Shown here: positions 1 to 12,725 of the stretch, piece by piece
Layout of the letters: every line of letters begins with the position of its first letter
Numbering within the stretch: the stretch's first letter is position 1
From: Octopus vulgaris
Taxonomy: Eukaryota
NCBI GenBank assembly: GCA_951406725.2
Contig: OX597817.1
Span: 77,004,001-77,068,000, forward strand
Direction of reading: 5' to 3'
DNA length: 64,000 nt
Notes under the pieces: generated by a model
Seen by the model: the letters and a program-made list of their open reading frames with translations, nothing else
Database searches by the model: none
What the model was told of the DNA's origin: nothing
Translations under genes and position numbers: made by a program

Positions 1-34
1 GTGTGTAAGTGTGTGTCTCTGTGTGTATTGTGTG

Positions 35-877
35 TATTAGATCTGATGAATAAATATCCGGACAGTTACCATAGTAACAAAGCTAAAGCACACATAATAA
101 AACCGCTCAGCAAAGAGTCACCTTGAAATCTGCTGTGCATGTGCACTAAGTTTTAACGTTCTAACATGTGATTTTTGCATTGACCATGACAGAGACAGTT
201 GCCATGGCGATACCTACTTAGAGACCTGCGCAAAATTGCAGAAAGTGTATGGAGAGGCGTGTATGAGCCACACACAAGTGTACGAGTGGTTCAGACATTT
301 CCAAGATGGCCGAAAAATGTCAATATTGACGAAGGTTCTGGGAGACCCGCAACCAGCAGAACTAAGAAAAATATCGCAGATGTGTGTGCAGCTGTGATGG
401 AAATCATTGAATCACCATCCGTGAGTTATCAGATGTGGAGATTAGTTACGATTCAGTTTAGTCCATTATCACTGAAGATTTCGGTATGAGACGCGTGTCT
501 ACCAAATTTGTGCCAACACTGCTTTCAGCTCACCAAAAAGACACTTGGGTTTCAATTCCAGAAGATCTTGATTGTGTCGAAAACGATAAAAAATTTTTGA
601 AAACTATGCTTTGACCTCTACGCAGGTATCATTAAGATTTTGGCAAAATTTGATGCTGATTCTCTGCTTAACTTCCTCTGTCATGGTCAATGCGACGATC
701 ACACGCTACACACCTCCCTTCCAAGCACTGCTGTAAACAAGGGAAGTAACCTAAAGCGTTAAAACTTAGTGTGCATACACAATAGAGTTCAAGGTCAATA
801 TGTGTCAAGCGACTTTAGTTCGCGTGCTTTAGCTTCGTTTCTATGGCAACAGTCCGAATAATTATTCAGACCACGTA
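35..877 (+). mobile_element. Internally deleted mariner (Tc1/mariner) element with long (~125 bp) imperfect TIRs
   Basis: Positions 35-160 match the reverse complement of 756-877 (e.g. ATCCGGACAGTTACCATAGTAACAAAGCTAAAGCAC vs ATTCGGACTGTTGCCATAGAAACGAAGCTAAAGCAC; CACTAAGTTTTAACG in both), with TA at both ends. Frameshifted transposase N-terminus: KLQKVYGEACMSHTQVYEWFRHFQDGR / NIDEGSGRP / GMRRVSTKFVPTLL (WVPHEL-like). No DD34D domain. Confidence 0.85.
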
Positions 878-1343
878 TACAACAAAACCTCCCTAAGCAA
901 GAAACCCTTAAGCAAGTATTACCCTTCTCAAAACGAGAATTGCTATTAAGCGGAATCATGCGATATCAATGTATGTCATAAAATACACAGCAAACTCACC
1001 ATGGATGAAGAGATCAAGAACGTGGGAACAATGTTATCCCTAAACAATCTAGGCTCTCAGTAAATGTCTCGCAAAAATCACAGTCAACAAATACATAAAA
1101 CCTATACATGCATCATCAGCTGCCTTACCGTTATCATTATGAATTCGACCCCTGAGCAGTTACCATTCATTCCAGTCGTATCCAACAGTGTTAAAAACGT
1201 AAAAGTTGCTAGGGAATTTGGCTGTCTATGTAGTTACAAGAAGACATAGAAAAATTCGCAGCTCTCAATCAGCAGAACATCTAGGCTGTGAGGAAGAAAA
1301 AGTGAGAGAAAAAGAGTGCGAAAAGAGAGCGTTTCACTTATAC

Positions 1344-1364
1344 ATGGCTGGCGCTCATTTACAG
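1344..1364 (+). other. Candidate exon end (MAGAHLQ) with consensus splice donor
   Basis: ATG GCT GGC GCT CAT TTA CAG|GTGAGT in unique sequence; the frame is open back to about 1235. No homology recognised. Confidence 0.3.
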
Positions 1365-1924
1365 GTGAGTATACTGGAATAATGTGCAAGGAAATGTGTT
1401 GCTCAGTGAAACAACGCACTATGAATCGAACAATATTTATACACATATACATAAATATATGTTGTTTAGGACCGAGTAGTGCGTTGTGACTTGACTATTG
1501 CACTTCAATTCATATTGCTCCAGTCTATGATTCCTTTGAAATGTTTGTTTTTGACAATTTTCTGTGTTTCTCTTTTTATGTATACGCAAGCTCTGACACA
1601 CGCATAAACAAACACATGAATACATGCACACATATACACCAATTTTGTTTATTTTTATAAAGATTAACAATAAATCACACGCATACACATGCCTACGAGC
1701 ATACACGCGTAAACACATATATACCGCTTCGCAACCACGTGGTTTCAGGATCAATCTCTCATTTCCACTAATCTGGACCTTGAGAAAATATTCTCTGCTG
1801 TAGTAGCAAGCCAGCCAATGCCTAAAATCGGGGCCGCAGCATACCCACAGCATAACCACAGCTCCTGGCTAAAACAAATATAAGTATACACACTAAAACA
1901 GAAACCGATGAAAGCAGGTGAAAA

Positions 1925-2446
1925 TTAACCCTTTACTTGTGCAAACTATTTTCATGTTTGTCCCAAACCCCCATGGGTATTTTTCAGACATTTTGTCAGC
2001 CCTTGATTCGAGTAGTACACATCTTTCTTTTCATAAGCCCTAAGTAGTTATGATGGTTGACAAAAATTGGGATTGTGTATCATATATGATGCATGGACAC
2101 TAGGAAAATATCAATAACCTGTAGAGACACCGAATTTCGTGAAGCAACCATAATATACTAGGAAATATATAACGCTTTTATAAGTCAATGCCGTGTTCTA
2201 CTGTGTTGGCAGTGCTATTACATCACTATAGAGATTATAACCAGCACTGATTTCGTTACGACGTTTCATACCCGAGAAGCTTGTTTTTCATCTTCGATCT
2301 CATTGTTGTTTACCTCAGGCGCCTCGGAAATGAATCATCGTAACAAAATCAGTGCTGACTATAGAAAATCTGAAGTGATAACCTTAACAACAAAGAAAAC
2401 CTGTCCTATGTATCACGTGCGATATATAAAACAGGCGAAGGGTTAA
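1925..2446. mobile_element. piggyBac-like non-autonomous element (TTAA TSD, CCCTT...AAGGG ends)
   Basis: TTAA|CCCTTTAC at 1925 and GCGAAGGG|TTAA at 2446; contains an internal 39-bp inverted repeat (2242-2280 / 2319-2357). Confidence 0.6.
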
Positions 2447-2782
2447 ATGAAAATAAAGATAACGCTAAACGTTGATTGTTTTACTGAAATGACCGACAAG
2501 GTAGGAAGAGGTGGTGTGGTGTGGTGTGGTGTGGTGTGGTGTGAGGTGAAGCGAGTTGAGGTGAGAAGAGGTGTAGGGTTGTGAAAGAGGAGGGGGAGAT
2601 GGGATGGAAGAGTGGAGAGAGAGAGAGAGAGGACGAGAGGGAGAGAGAGATAGAGATAGAGCGAGAAGCGAGGTGAAGGATTGCAGTGGTCTCTCCATAG
2701 TTCTCGACTGAACTAACAACAAACCAGTTTCTTTTGAAAGCATTCGACTGGAATCAGAGTTGAAGGTTGAAGATGAATCAGT

Positions 2783-2799
2783 ATACACACACACACACG

Positions 2800-2887
<88 letters not shown>

Positions 2888-2959
2888 CATACATACATAC
2901 ATACATACATACATACATACACACACACACATATATATATATATAAAAACAATCAAGAG

Positions 2960-3018
<59 letters not shown>
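2783..3018. repeat. Compound microsatellite (CA)n/(TA)n/(TACA)n followed by (TAA)n
   Basis: Direct reading. Confidence 0.95.
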
Positions 3019-3019
<1 letters not shown>

Positions 3020-3264
3020 CGTCATTTTTCCAAGTTAAACCGCTTGAAAGAATGTGAGAAAAACACTGGCTAAATGCGAATTTAATTAAAACAAATACTT
3101 GTTTTCTTTTCATTGTTGTTCGTGTACTTGTTGTCATCGTCGTCGTCGTTGTAGTTTAACTCCTGGTCAACTTTGGTTGAACAGGCCTATAACTTTGGTT
3201 GAACAGGCCTGTTTCCATTTATTTATTCTTGTATAGCTTTCGGCCATTGGACATCCCAGTGCTG

Positions 3265-3400
3265 CTGAGGTCAATTGTACTTTTCATCCTTTCGGAGTCG
3301 ATAAAATAAGAAAGAGTCGACTGCGAGAGTCGATCTAATCAACTGACTCCATTTCTAAGAATTTCAGACCTTGAACCTAAATTAGAAAGAATTATTATTA
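3265..3400 (+). mobile_element. SINE family A, degenerate 3' part
   Basis: GAGGTCAATTGTACTTTTCATCCTTTCGGAGTCGATAAAATAAG core shared with more than 15 copies in the window; (ATT)n tail. Confidence 0.7.
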
Positions 3401-3412
3401 TTATTATTATTG

Positions 3413-3460
3413 CGTGAGAGGGCAGCGCACATTATCAAAGTGATACTGAGGAACAAATAC
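3413..3460 (-). mobile_element. Family C element, extreme 3' tip only (5'-truncated)
   Basis: Reverse complement CAGTATCACTTTGATAATGTGCGCTGCCCTCTCACGC(AAT)n matches the end of the full copy at 30188-30224. Confidence 0.7.
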
Positions 3461-3474
3461 AATAAATAGATTTC

Positions 3475-3705
3475 TTAATTCTTTACTGCCCACAAGGGGC
3501 TGAACATAGAGGGGACAAACAAGGACAGACAACGGCATTAAATCGATTACATCGACCACAGTGCGTAACTGGTACTTAATTTATCGACCCCGAAAGAATG
3601 AAAGACAAAGCCAACCTCGGCGGAATTTGAACTCAGAACGTAGCGGCAGATGAAATACCTATTTCTTTACTACCCACAAGGGGCTAAACACAGAGAGGAC
3701 AAACA
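3475..3705 (-). mobile_element. SINE family A (LINE-tailed subtype), truncated dimer
   Basis: Same monomer and same junction (AAAGAAATA|GGTATTTC) as at 34070-34640 and 61190-61600. Confidence 0.85.
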
Positions 3706-3744
3706 ATTTATGTATTTATTTATTTATTTATTTATGTATTTATT

Positions 3745-3829
3745 TTTGGAGCAACGTGAAATAACGCGCAGCCCGGTCCGGGATTCGAACTCACAACCTC
3801 ACGGTCGTAAGTTCGACGCTCTAACCACT

Positions 3830-3830
<1 letters not shown>
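3745..3830 (-). mobile_element. SINE family D, tRNA-like head
   Basis: TGGTTAGAGCG (A box) ... GAGTTCGAATCCC (B box) ... TTTCACGTTGCTCC; homologous to 12965-13255 and 18224-18330. Confidence 0.75.
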
Positions 3831-3900
<70 letters not shown>

Positions 3901-3914
3901 GAATGGATGGATAG

Positions 3915-5345
3915 ATAAGTTTCTTTATTAGCCACACAGGGCGGAATACAGAGGGGACAAAATGCAATCTAGAGCTTTTCTTTTGAAAATAGAAATAAAG
4001 GAAAAAAAATTAAATGCCGATCAAAATGGATCGTGAAAAAAAAAAAGAAAAAACAATCAAAAGGGAACGTGTATCACAGAAATTATTAAAAATGTACAAA
4101 GAAAAATGAGGTTTATCCGTGGAAAGAAAGGACTACGGAAAAGACTATGGTAACCTCAAGCAGGGAGGGAATAGATAATACTCTCTCTCTTTTTTCGATT
4201 TACAGGATCATTCTTAAAGTGGTTTCGTCATTCGCACGTACCATCTTTGCTATATTCACCCACCTTTTATTGAAACTTTCACGAGACAAAACTTGCCTCT
4301 CTACTCTCACGTTCCTTTTCAAGTGGTACTTGAAAACGTTGGTGTGCAATTGGCCACAGAGGAAAGCGTTCCTCTCTAAACCTTTCACTCGAATTCATTT
4401 CTGAGTTTTGTTGTTGGTGTTGGTGCTGGTTGGTGTCAGTTGGAATGTGGTGTATGGGTTTTGGGGTGGGTATGAGTCTTTTTGGCTTTCTCCGCTTCCT
4501 TTGTTGTTGTTGTTAGTGGTGGTGGTGTTTTTCTGTTCTTGGTGGCGCTGGTGGCGGTGCTGTTTGGTTAGGCTGGCTTGTTGGTTGCTGATGTTCAATC
4601 ATTTGTTTGTAGAGCTGTTTCCTTAGTTGTGCATATGGCGGTGTGGGTAGCAGTGCTGGTTTTTTGCTCGGTTTTTGGTTTTCTTGTGGTTGTTGTTGTT
4701 CTTCGTGATCTTGTTGCTGTCGTTGTTGTTGTTGTTGTTGTTTCTGTGCTAGTGGGCAATTGATTTTCAGGTGTGATTTGCTACCACAAACGTAGCAACG
4801 TGGCTTTCTGCCTTCGACGGCTACATGCAAACTCGAATTATCAGTCCGCTTGATTTGATGTGGAATTTTTTCGAAATTCATCGGATCAATTTGAGCAAGG
4901 ATTTCAACTCCTTGACCAATCCAATTTTACTGGTCCAGGACAGCGACTTCCAAGATATGAATTTCGTCCTCGATGTTGTTACAAATGGCATTAACAAGCC
5001 ATTTTATTTCTATCGCAGGGAGCACATTTTTTTAATTTTTGTGACCCTACGACCAAGGGATGTATGGGTCATCACTAAGTTTTCACATTCAAAGGACTTT
5101 GTGGAGAAGTCCTTGGCTCTTTCTTCACTGTCGAATCTAACTTCGATCGTGGCAAATCTGTTTCCCCTCGTAATGTAGTCTTTAAAGGCCCTTTTAGGCC
5201 ATAAACATATTTCTACTTTTTCTTGAGTGGCCGTTTTGTATAGCTTTGTTTTCAGGTTGAGTGTCCTGTAAAAAATTGAATTTTTCTGCGATTTTCCTGT
5301 CATGTTTTGTGGTGTTGGTAGTTGTATGGTGTGTTCATCTTTTTT
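3915..5345 (-). mobile_element. Tx1/L1-like non-LTR retrotransposon deletion derivative: decayed ORF1 (gag) + last ~65 codons of ORF2 + 3' UTR, ending in (CTAT)n
   Basis: ORF1 fragments: RRM-like YITRGNRFATIEVRFDSEERAKDF, zinc knuckle PRCYVCGSKSHLKINCP (CX2CX4HX4C), Q/N-rich tail. ORF2 end FKYHLKRNVRVERQVLSRESFNKRW. The 3' UTR ends GCCCTGTGTGGCTAATAAAGAAACTTATCTATC. Confidence 0.8.
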
Positions 5346-5349
5346 AAAC

Positions 5350-6115
5350 ATTGCAGGCAAGCAGCTCTCGGGCAGAATCTGGGCGTCAGCGGGGAACATC
5401 TGACCCATCTGTTCTGGACAACTTTCGGGTTGGGACCTATGGACAATCACCAGAAATTTCAGGCCTGGCAGTGCTATCGAGAAGCATTGCCCGTTGGGGA
5501 TAAGTTCTACAGGCACGGTTCGAGATACATTGGACCGACTTACCCGAGATGCGGTTAGAGCGATGAAACCGTTCTTTACGCACTCGTGCAGTGTCCAACC
5601 ATTTCGGACTTGTGGGATTATGCCGAACGGCTGCTGTCACATGTGGGATGAGTTCGCTTGTTGACCGAGTCTGTCGTGATGATTGCTCCGCCACCTTCCC
5701 TTTTCCGGGAAGGCAAGGTAATCTTTATCGTACTGGTGGCCATGGTGAAGGAATGTGTGTGGTGGACTTGAGCGAAAGGTTCAGAGACAAACGCTTTCCC
5801 TTCTGGCCAATCGCTCATCAACTTTTTCAAGTACCACTTGGAAAGGAAGGTGAGAATAGAGAGGCAAGTTTTACCTCGTGAAAGTTTTGAATAAAAGGTG
5901 GGTGAATGTAGCAAAGATGGTACGCGCGAATGATGAAACCACTTTGAGAATAGTCCTGTAAGTCGAGAGAGTGAGAAAGAGTGAGAGAGAGTGAGTGAGA
6001 AAGAGTGAGAGAGAGTGAGAAAGAGTGAGAGAGAGTGAGAAAGAGAGAGAGAGAGTGAGCACTTTGCTCTCATGTGTTTTTTCCCTCTCTGCTTGAGGTT
6101 ACCGTGATCTTTTTG
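5350..6115 (+). mobile_element. Tx1/L1-like ORF2 C-terminal (zinc-binding) fragment plus start of 3' UTR, inverted relative to 3915-5345
   Basis: Reads ALPVGDKFYRHGSRYIGPTYPRCG*SDETVLYALVQCP...LINFFKYHLERKVRIERQVL (degenerate CCHC, in-frame stops); 6060-6115 matches the reverse complement of 4140-4185. Confidence 0.75.
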
Positions 6116-6169
<54 letters not shown>

Positions 6170-6291
6170 AAGAAAGAAATAAAAAGGAGGAAGGAAGGAA
6201 AGAAAGAGAGAAAAGAGAAAGGTAGAGAGATATATAGATAGAAAGATAAAAAGAAAGACGGGCGGACAGACAGGCAGACAGACAGACAAAC

Positions 6292-6372
<81 letters not shown>
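6116..6372. repeat. (GATA)n/(GA)n compound microsatellite
   Basis: Direct reading; further long (GATA)n tracts at 3829-3900, 7003-7136, 8988-9072, 40050-40205. Confidence 0.95.
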
Positions 6373-6373
<1 letters not shown>

Positions 6374-6601
6374 GCATGTAGGTGGATAGATGGATGCAAA
6401 GAATGGTTAACGTAAAAAAGGAATGAATTAACGAAGGCAGGAAAAGAGAAATTGAATAATTGCAAAAAGAACAAAGATTTAAGGGGAAAAAACGAAGAAA
6501 ACGCGAAACTGCCAAGCTGATAGACAGACAGTCGAACTGACCATCAGATTAAAAGACAGACAAGGAGACTGATGGTTAGATATATAGATAAATAGATAGA
6601 G

Positions 6602-6760
6602 ATAAGTTTCTTTATTGGCCACACAGGGCTGCACACAGATGGGACAAGTTACAAGGTAGAGCTTTTCTTTTGGGGGATGAAAAAAACAAAAAACAAAAGA
6701 AACAAAAAAAAAGGGGTGGCGTAGGTTTTCGATCAAGAGGGATCGTAAAAGGGAAGAAAA
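6602..6760 (-). mobile_element. 3' UTR fragment of the same Tx1-like LINE
   Basis: Reverse complement AAAAGAAAAGCTCTACCTTGTAACTTGTCCCATCTGTGTGCAGCCCTGTGTGGCCAATAAAGAAACTTATC matches 3915-3985. Confidence 0.8.
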
Positions 6761-7014
6761 GAACAAAAAAAAATAAATAAATAAAATAAAAAATAAAAAT
6801 AAAAGATAGATAGATAGATAGATAGATAGAAAGAGAGTCACAAATAGAGTCAGATACGTAGGTATGTATGTATGAATGTATCAATATATCTATCTATCTA
6901 CTTTATATGTGTGTGTATGCGTGCGCGCGCACGCGTACATAGTTGCTTATGCATGTGTATATATACGTACCTATGTATATGTGTGCAGATACCTGGCTAG
7001 CTAGATAGATAGGC

Positions 7015-7137
<123 letters not shown>

Positions 7138-7615
7138 AAATATCAAATAAAAAATAAACACAGAAAGCATATGAAAAAGGAACCATGAAGGAAATGAATA
7201 AGTATGAGAAAGAAAGAAAGAAAGACAGAAAGAAAGGAAGAAGGAAAGAAAGGAAGGTTGGAAGAAATAATTGATAGAAGATTAGGTGAGAGGAGAGTGT
7301 TGGGTGATTTAAAAGACGGTGACGAGATTTCATCAAGGTTGTTTGTCTCAGCGAGAGCTTATTACATTTTTTTATTATTTTTACAGATCAGTGTTTCGAA
7401 GGTGGAACAGGGAAGAAATATGGCAGACACACACGTGTGTGTGTGTATGCATGGATGCATACACACATCTACACACAGAGACAGATACACGTGCTCACAC
7501 ATACACACATGCATGCACACTTCAACATTTACATGCGTATGTGAACACGCCAGTGCATGTAGATGCGAGTACACGTACATATACCTGTGCGTCTGTATGA
7601 GTGTGAATAGGTGTG

Positions 7616-7669
<54 letters not shown>

Positions 7670-7854
7670 CGTTTATACACATAAGTATATGCGTATATAT
7701 AAGTATATAAAGTCATACATGTGTAATGTGTATATATATATGTATATATATGCATATATGTGTGTGTGTGTGTATATACATATGTGACAATATATACGTA
7801 CAAGTATGTACGCATGGATGGGTGGATATTTATATATATATATATATATATATA

Positions 7855-7922
<68 letters not shown>

Positions 7923-8268
7923 TGTATGTATGTATGTATGTATGTGGTGCATTTCTCTACGTTTTTGTTTACAAGAGGCAAACAAGTAGTATTGTATACA
8001 CGCCGTTGAGTGTATATTATTTATTAGGAATCAGTTAATGCTCCAATCTTTTGCCACTCAGAGTTTCACGTGCATGTAACATTATATATGCTCATTCAGG
8101 CAAATTTCTTTCTTTTTTTTATTAGTAAACAAGTATACGTGTACCTTTACGCATGCGTAAAGCTCTGAGTAGCGTCAGAATAAAACAACATGTATGTATA
8201 TATGTGCGTGTGAGTGTATGTGCGTATTTATATACATACATGCACACACATCCACCCATATATGTATG

Positions 8269-8330
<62 letters not shown>

Positions 8331-8462
8331 GTATGCATGTATATATGTATATATATATATATAGGGGCCGATACTATCACATACACACTCATACACACAC
8401 AAACCCGCCCTGCACACACATGTATGTAAACAAACGTACATACATACAAACGTATGTATGCT

Positions 8463-8512
<50 letters not shown>

Positions 8513-8572
8513 AATAAACATACACAGAAGCATGCATAGAAACACCTAACTATACTCATGCATCAATGAATA

Positions 8573-8652
<80 letters not shown>

Positions 8653-8995
8653 TGCGTACACAAGCCTAGATACAAATATACTCACACCTATACACTCACA
8701 CACGCACAGATACAAAGAGGCAATCACAGACACATCCGCTCGCAAACACGTACATACACACATGCACACGTCATACACACAGGAACAAGCACACGCATCA
8801 TAGACGCAGGCGCAAACAGACATACGTTCACACATGCGTGCACGCACATCGTTTTTCAATATGGCATCATTGATGATTGTGTGTCAAGTAGAGCATAAAT
8901 GAATGAACTTGTGTCTTGTCAGATCGCTGAAGAGAAAGTAATGAAAATCACTGACAGACTCTATATTGGCACTCTTTCCTTTTTTTCTATCTATC

Positions 8996-9103
<108 letters not shown>

Positions 9104-9284
9104 CCTACCTACCTACCTACCTATCTATCTGTCTGTCTGTCTAACTGTCTGTCTGTCTGTCTATCTGCAACTCTGCCAGCCTGTCTATCTGTTTATATAT
9201 ATATCTATCTAACTGTCAATTAATTTATCTCTCTATCTAATAATCTACCGTCAATTTACCTAACACCTATCTATCTATCAATCA

Positions 9285-9350
<66 letters not shown>

Positions 9351-9419
9351 ATATCTATCTATCTATCTGTTTGTCTATTAATTTCTCTATCTAATAATCT
9401 ATTGTCTATGTATCCATCA

Positions 9420-9458
<39 letters not shown>

Positions 9459-10611
9459 GAGCGAGCGAGCGAGCGATCTGTCTGCCTGTCTATCTACTTG
9501 TCTGTTTGCCTATCTGCCTATCTGCCTATCTGTGTCTGTCTAGCTATTTATATTACTATCTTTGATTCTTTGGTTTCTTTCACCCGCTCTCGCTCTCTCT
9601 CTTTCTCACTTTTTCTCTACTTATGTATGTATCTACTTATCTATATATCTTTATATATTACTTTCTATGTATCCTTTTATCTATAACCAGAAAGATAGAG
9701 CGATATAGTTCTTTATCTGTGTCTCGTTGGAACACGATAATACAAATCTCCTTCATTCTTGACAACTATTACATCATTATAGAATGAAAAAACAAAAACA
9801 AAAAACAACCCAAAATAAAGACATAACAAAGCAAACAGAAAACCAAAAAAAATTATAGAACCTCCCAAGCTCCCATTTTCAGCCACTGGAGAGACGTAGA
9901 GACATGACCGTTGGACATTACTCCATGTAACAACTTAACTTTCGCCATTATCAAAGACTACACCTGACATACTTCGATCAGTTTACGAAAAAATGTACTT
10001 TAACCAATCCATCTGATCATTATCACGAATGGAATTTCCACAGTTCATCCACCTCAACGCATGCCTGCCTGCACACTACTAAATACATCTTACCAAGAAG
10101 TGGAATGTCTTTTAGTTGGCAGCAGCAGATTGCCATCCTAGATATAGTAGGTTGTCAAGGCAAGTCGTTCTTATAGCATATCTGTCGTTAGAACACGTGA
10201 TTAGCTTTTTCTGGGGGTTTTTAAACCAATATTTTCCGCAATTTTCGTTGTGTGGTTTCCGTTAAGCATTCTGTTCCTCTCATTTCCTAATCTGCGTCTC
10301 ATTATCAGTGCCAGCCTATCTTTCGTATACTTACATAATGAAAAAGAGGTGGGTCAGATTGTTTCTGATGTTTTACGACCACAAATATCCACAGTACGGT
10401 TAATAATGACAATTAAGAAAATATATCAGTGAGCTTCGTAGGTTGTGTAATTGAGAAATTCGTGGCGTAACCACGTAGTTGTAAAATCGATCCTACAGTA
10501 GGAAATTTTGAGTAAGTGCTTTCTACTATAACATCGAATAGACCAATAACTTCTGGCTGGAATTTGGTAGACAGATATTACGTGCAAGTCTACTATTACT
10601 CACATAGACAG

Positions 10612-10642
<31 letters not shown>

Positions 10643-10667
10643 TATATTTACAGAGCTCTCCCTAAAA

Positions 10668-10790
10668 TTCGTCATTGTCAACCTCAAACCCATTAACGTC
10701 AACCTCAAATTTGTCATCATCAGCCTCAACTTCAGTCTCGATTACGTCGTCAACCTCGATTTCGTTATCGTTAACTTAAATGTCGTCAAT
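10668..10790. repeat. ~21-bp imperfect minisatellite (GTCAACCTCAAATTTGTCATC-like), about 5-6 units
   Basis: Repeating GTCAACCTC / ATCAGCCTC at ~21-bp spacing. Confidence 0.75.
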
Positions 10791-10939
10791 GTAGAATGAG
10801 GCGAATTTCTTTTTATAAACAGACAATGACATCAGAGATCACTTGTCGCAAAATTATGAAAGAACACAAATATTCCTTTCTGTTTTAGGCACAAAGCTTC
10901 GTAAACGATTAAAAGACTTTCAAACCAAACTATTCTTTT

Positions 10940-11310
10940 TTTTTTATTGCCCACAAGGGACTAAACATAGAGAGAACAAACAAGGACAGACAAACGGATT
11001 AAGTCGATTATATCGACCCCGAAAGGATGAAAGGCAAAGTCGACCTCGGCGGAATTTGAACTCAGAAAGTAACGGCAGACGAAATACGACTACGCATTTC
11101 GCCAGGCGTGCTAACGTTCCTGCCAACTCGCCGCCTTCAAAACTATTCTTTTCTGCAAGACCCGAAATTTTTTTCGGGGGGGGGGAGCCAGTCGATTAGA
11201 TCTACCCCCAGTACGCAACTGGTACTTAATTTATCGGCCCCGAAAGGATGAAAGGCAAAGTCGACCTCGGCGGAATTTGAACACAGAACGTAATGACAGA
11301 CGAAATGAAA
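10940..11310 (-). mobile_element. Two adjacent SINE family A copies
   Basis: CGAAAGGATGAAAGGCAAAGTCGACCTCGGCGGAATTTGAAC twice; tRNA-like head GGCGGCGAGTTGGCAGGAACGTTAGCACG at ~11135. Confidence 0.9.
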
Positions 11311-11589
11311 GATCACAAATATTAAAAAGGAATTTTAAAGGATTAAAATTCTTTTACATTGCATCTTACATTAACGGAAAGATACATATATTTGATACAC
11401 TAGATGTAAAAACTTGAAAGAAAAAAGAAAGAGGTCACGTCAGAAAATGTAGTCCTGGGTTTCCTTCACATAACAAAAAGTCTAAATGGCCACGGCTGGA
11501 ATGTTTTAAATCATAGACATTTTCAGTTCCTAATTAGTTGCAATTGAGCAACAACAACAACGTCACTCGTTAAACTCAATCCTTTTATA

Positions 11590-11800
11590 AATATTGATTT
11601 CAAATTTTGGCACAAGGCCAGTAACATCGGGGAGGGATTAAGTCGATTACATTGACCCCAGTGTTCTACTAGTACAGATTTTATCGACTCCAAAAGGATG
11701 AAAGGCAAACTCGACCTTGGCGAAATTTGAACTCAGAACGTAAAGACGAATGAAACGCCGCTAAGCATATCGCCAGGCGTGCTAACGATTCTGCCAGCTC
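11590..11800 (-). mobile_element. SINE family A
   Basis: Head GAGCTGGCAGAATCGTTAGCACG, B box GAGTTCAAATT, shared core. Confidence 0.9.
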
Positions 11801-12360
11801 TATAAATATTGAATTACAAGACAACGGTTTGGCAGAATTCTATGGAATGTCTTTGCATTCTGTATTAGAATGCAATCTCTATCCTTCGGTCGCCTCTTCT
11901 GGCAGTTATTCTATATATCGCTGGTGGTAGAATGAATTGCTGCTATCTCTAGTGTTCGAGTGTCCATCATTGACAAGAACAAACCAAGTAGAAATCAGTG
12001 GTCTCGAAGCTGGAGGTGGCGGGAATTTATCTCCCCGCTAGTGATATAAATAATAGTGCATTTGCACCAAATTGCACCAAAAGAGTGCATTTGCACCGTC
12101 GTGTACCGAGATCGATATGACCGACTCTCATTTTTCTTCTCGATGTATGACCCTCTTTGAGTTTTCTATGTCTGTTTTCAGTAATTGGGTGGCGGTCACG
12201 CAGAGACAGTCGTCATTTTTTTTTCTTAAGTCAGTTATTGATACATCAATATTTTGTCCAGTAATTATTTTGTCATTCTCTGAAAATATCAAAATACAGA
12301 GAGTGATTTTAGCATGAAGGGCGATAAGTCAAAGAGGGAATGAATATTACAGGGCATCCA

Positions 12361-12572
12361 AAGGCGGTGAACTGGCAGAACCGTTAGCACTCCGAGTAGA
12401 ATGCTTAGTGGCATTATCGTTCGTCTTTACGTTCCGAGTTCAAATTCCGACGGGGTCAACTTTGCCTTTCATCTTTTCGGGGTCGATAAAGTAAGTACCA
12501 GTTGAGTACTGAAATCAGTTAGTACCCTTCCCTGAAATTTCTGGTCTTCTGCCAAAATTTGAAACCATTATT
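12361..12572 (+). mobile_element. SINE family A, full length
   Basis: GGCGGTGAACTGGCAGAACCGTTAGCAC...GAGTTCAAATTCC...TTTGCCTTTCATCTTTTCGGGGTCGATAAAGTAAGTACC; the core resembles, from memory, the MetaSINE domain. Confidence 0.9.
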
Positions 12573-12662
12573 ACAGGGTATCCATGTTTTAATATTCATT
12601 TAATTGTAAATACACACACATACATGTACATACATACATATGTACATACATAAATATATACA

Positions 12663-12725
<63 letters not shown>

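Noticed and set aside
3169-3210. 20-bp direct repeat AACTTTGGTTGAACAGGCCT x2
   Set aside because: Simple slippage-type duplication; only two units.
3770-3830. tRNA-like sequences (also 18224-18290 and the SINE A/B heads)
   Set aside because: A/B boxes are present, but there is no intact acceptor stem and they continue into SINE bodies, so they are not tRNA genes.
9931-10175. ~80-codon stop-free plus-strand frame ending near a GC-type donor (AAG|GCAAGT)
   Set aside because: No acceptor after the upstream stop and no recognisable protein motif; a few such frames are expected by chance.
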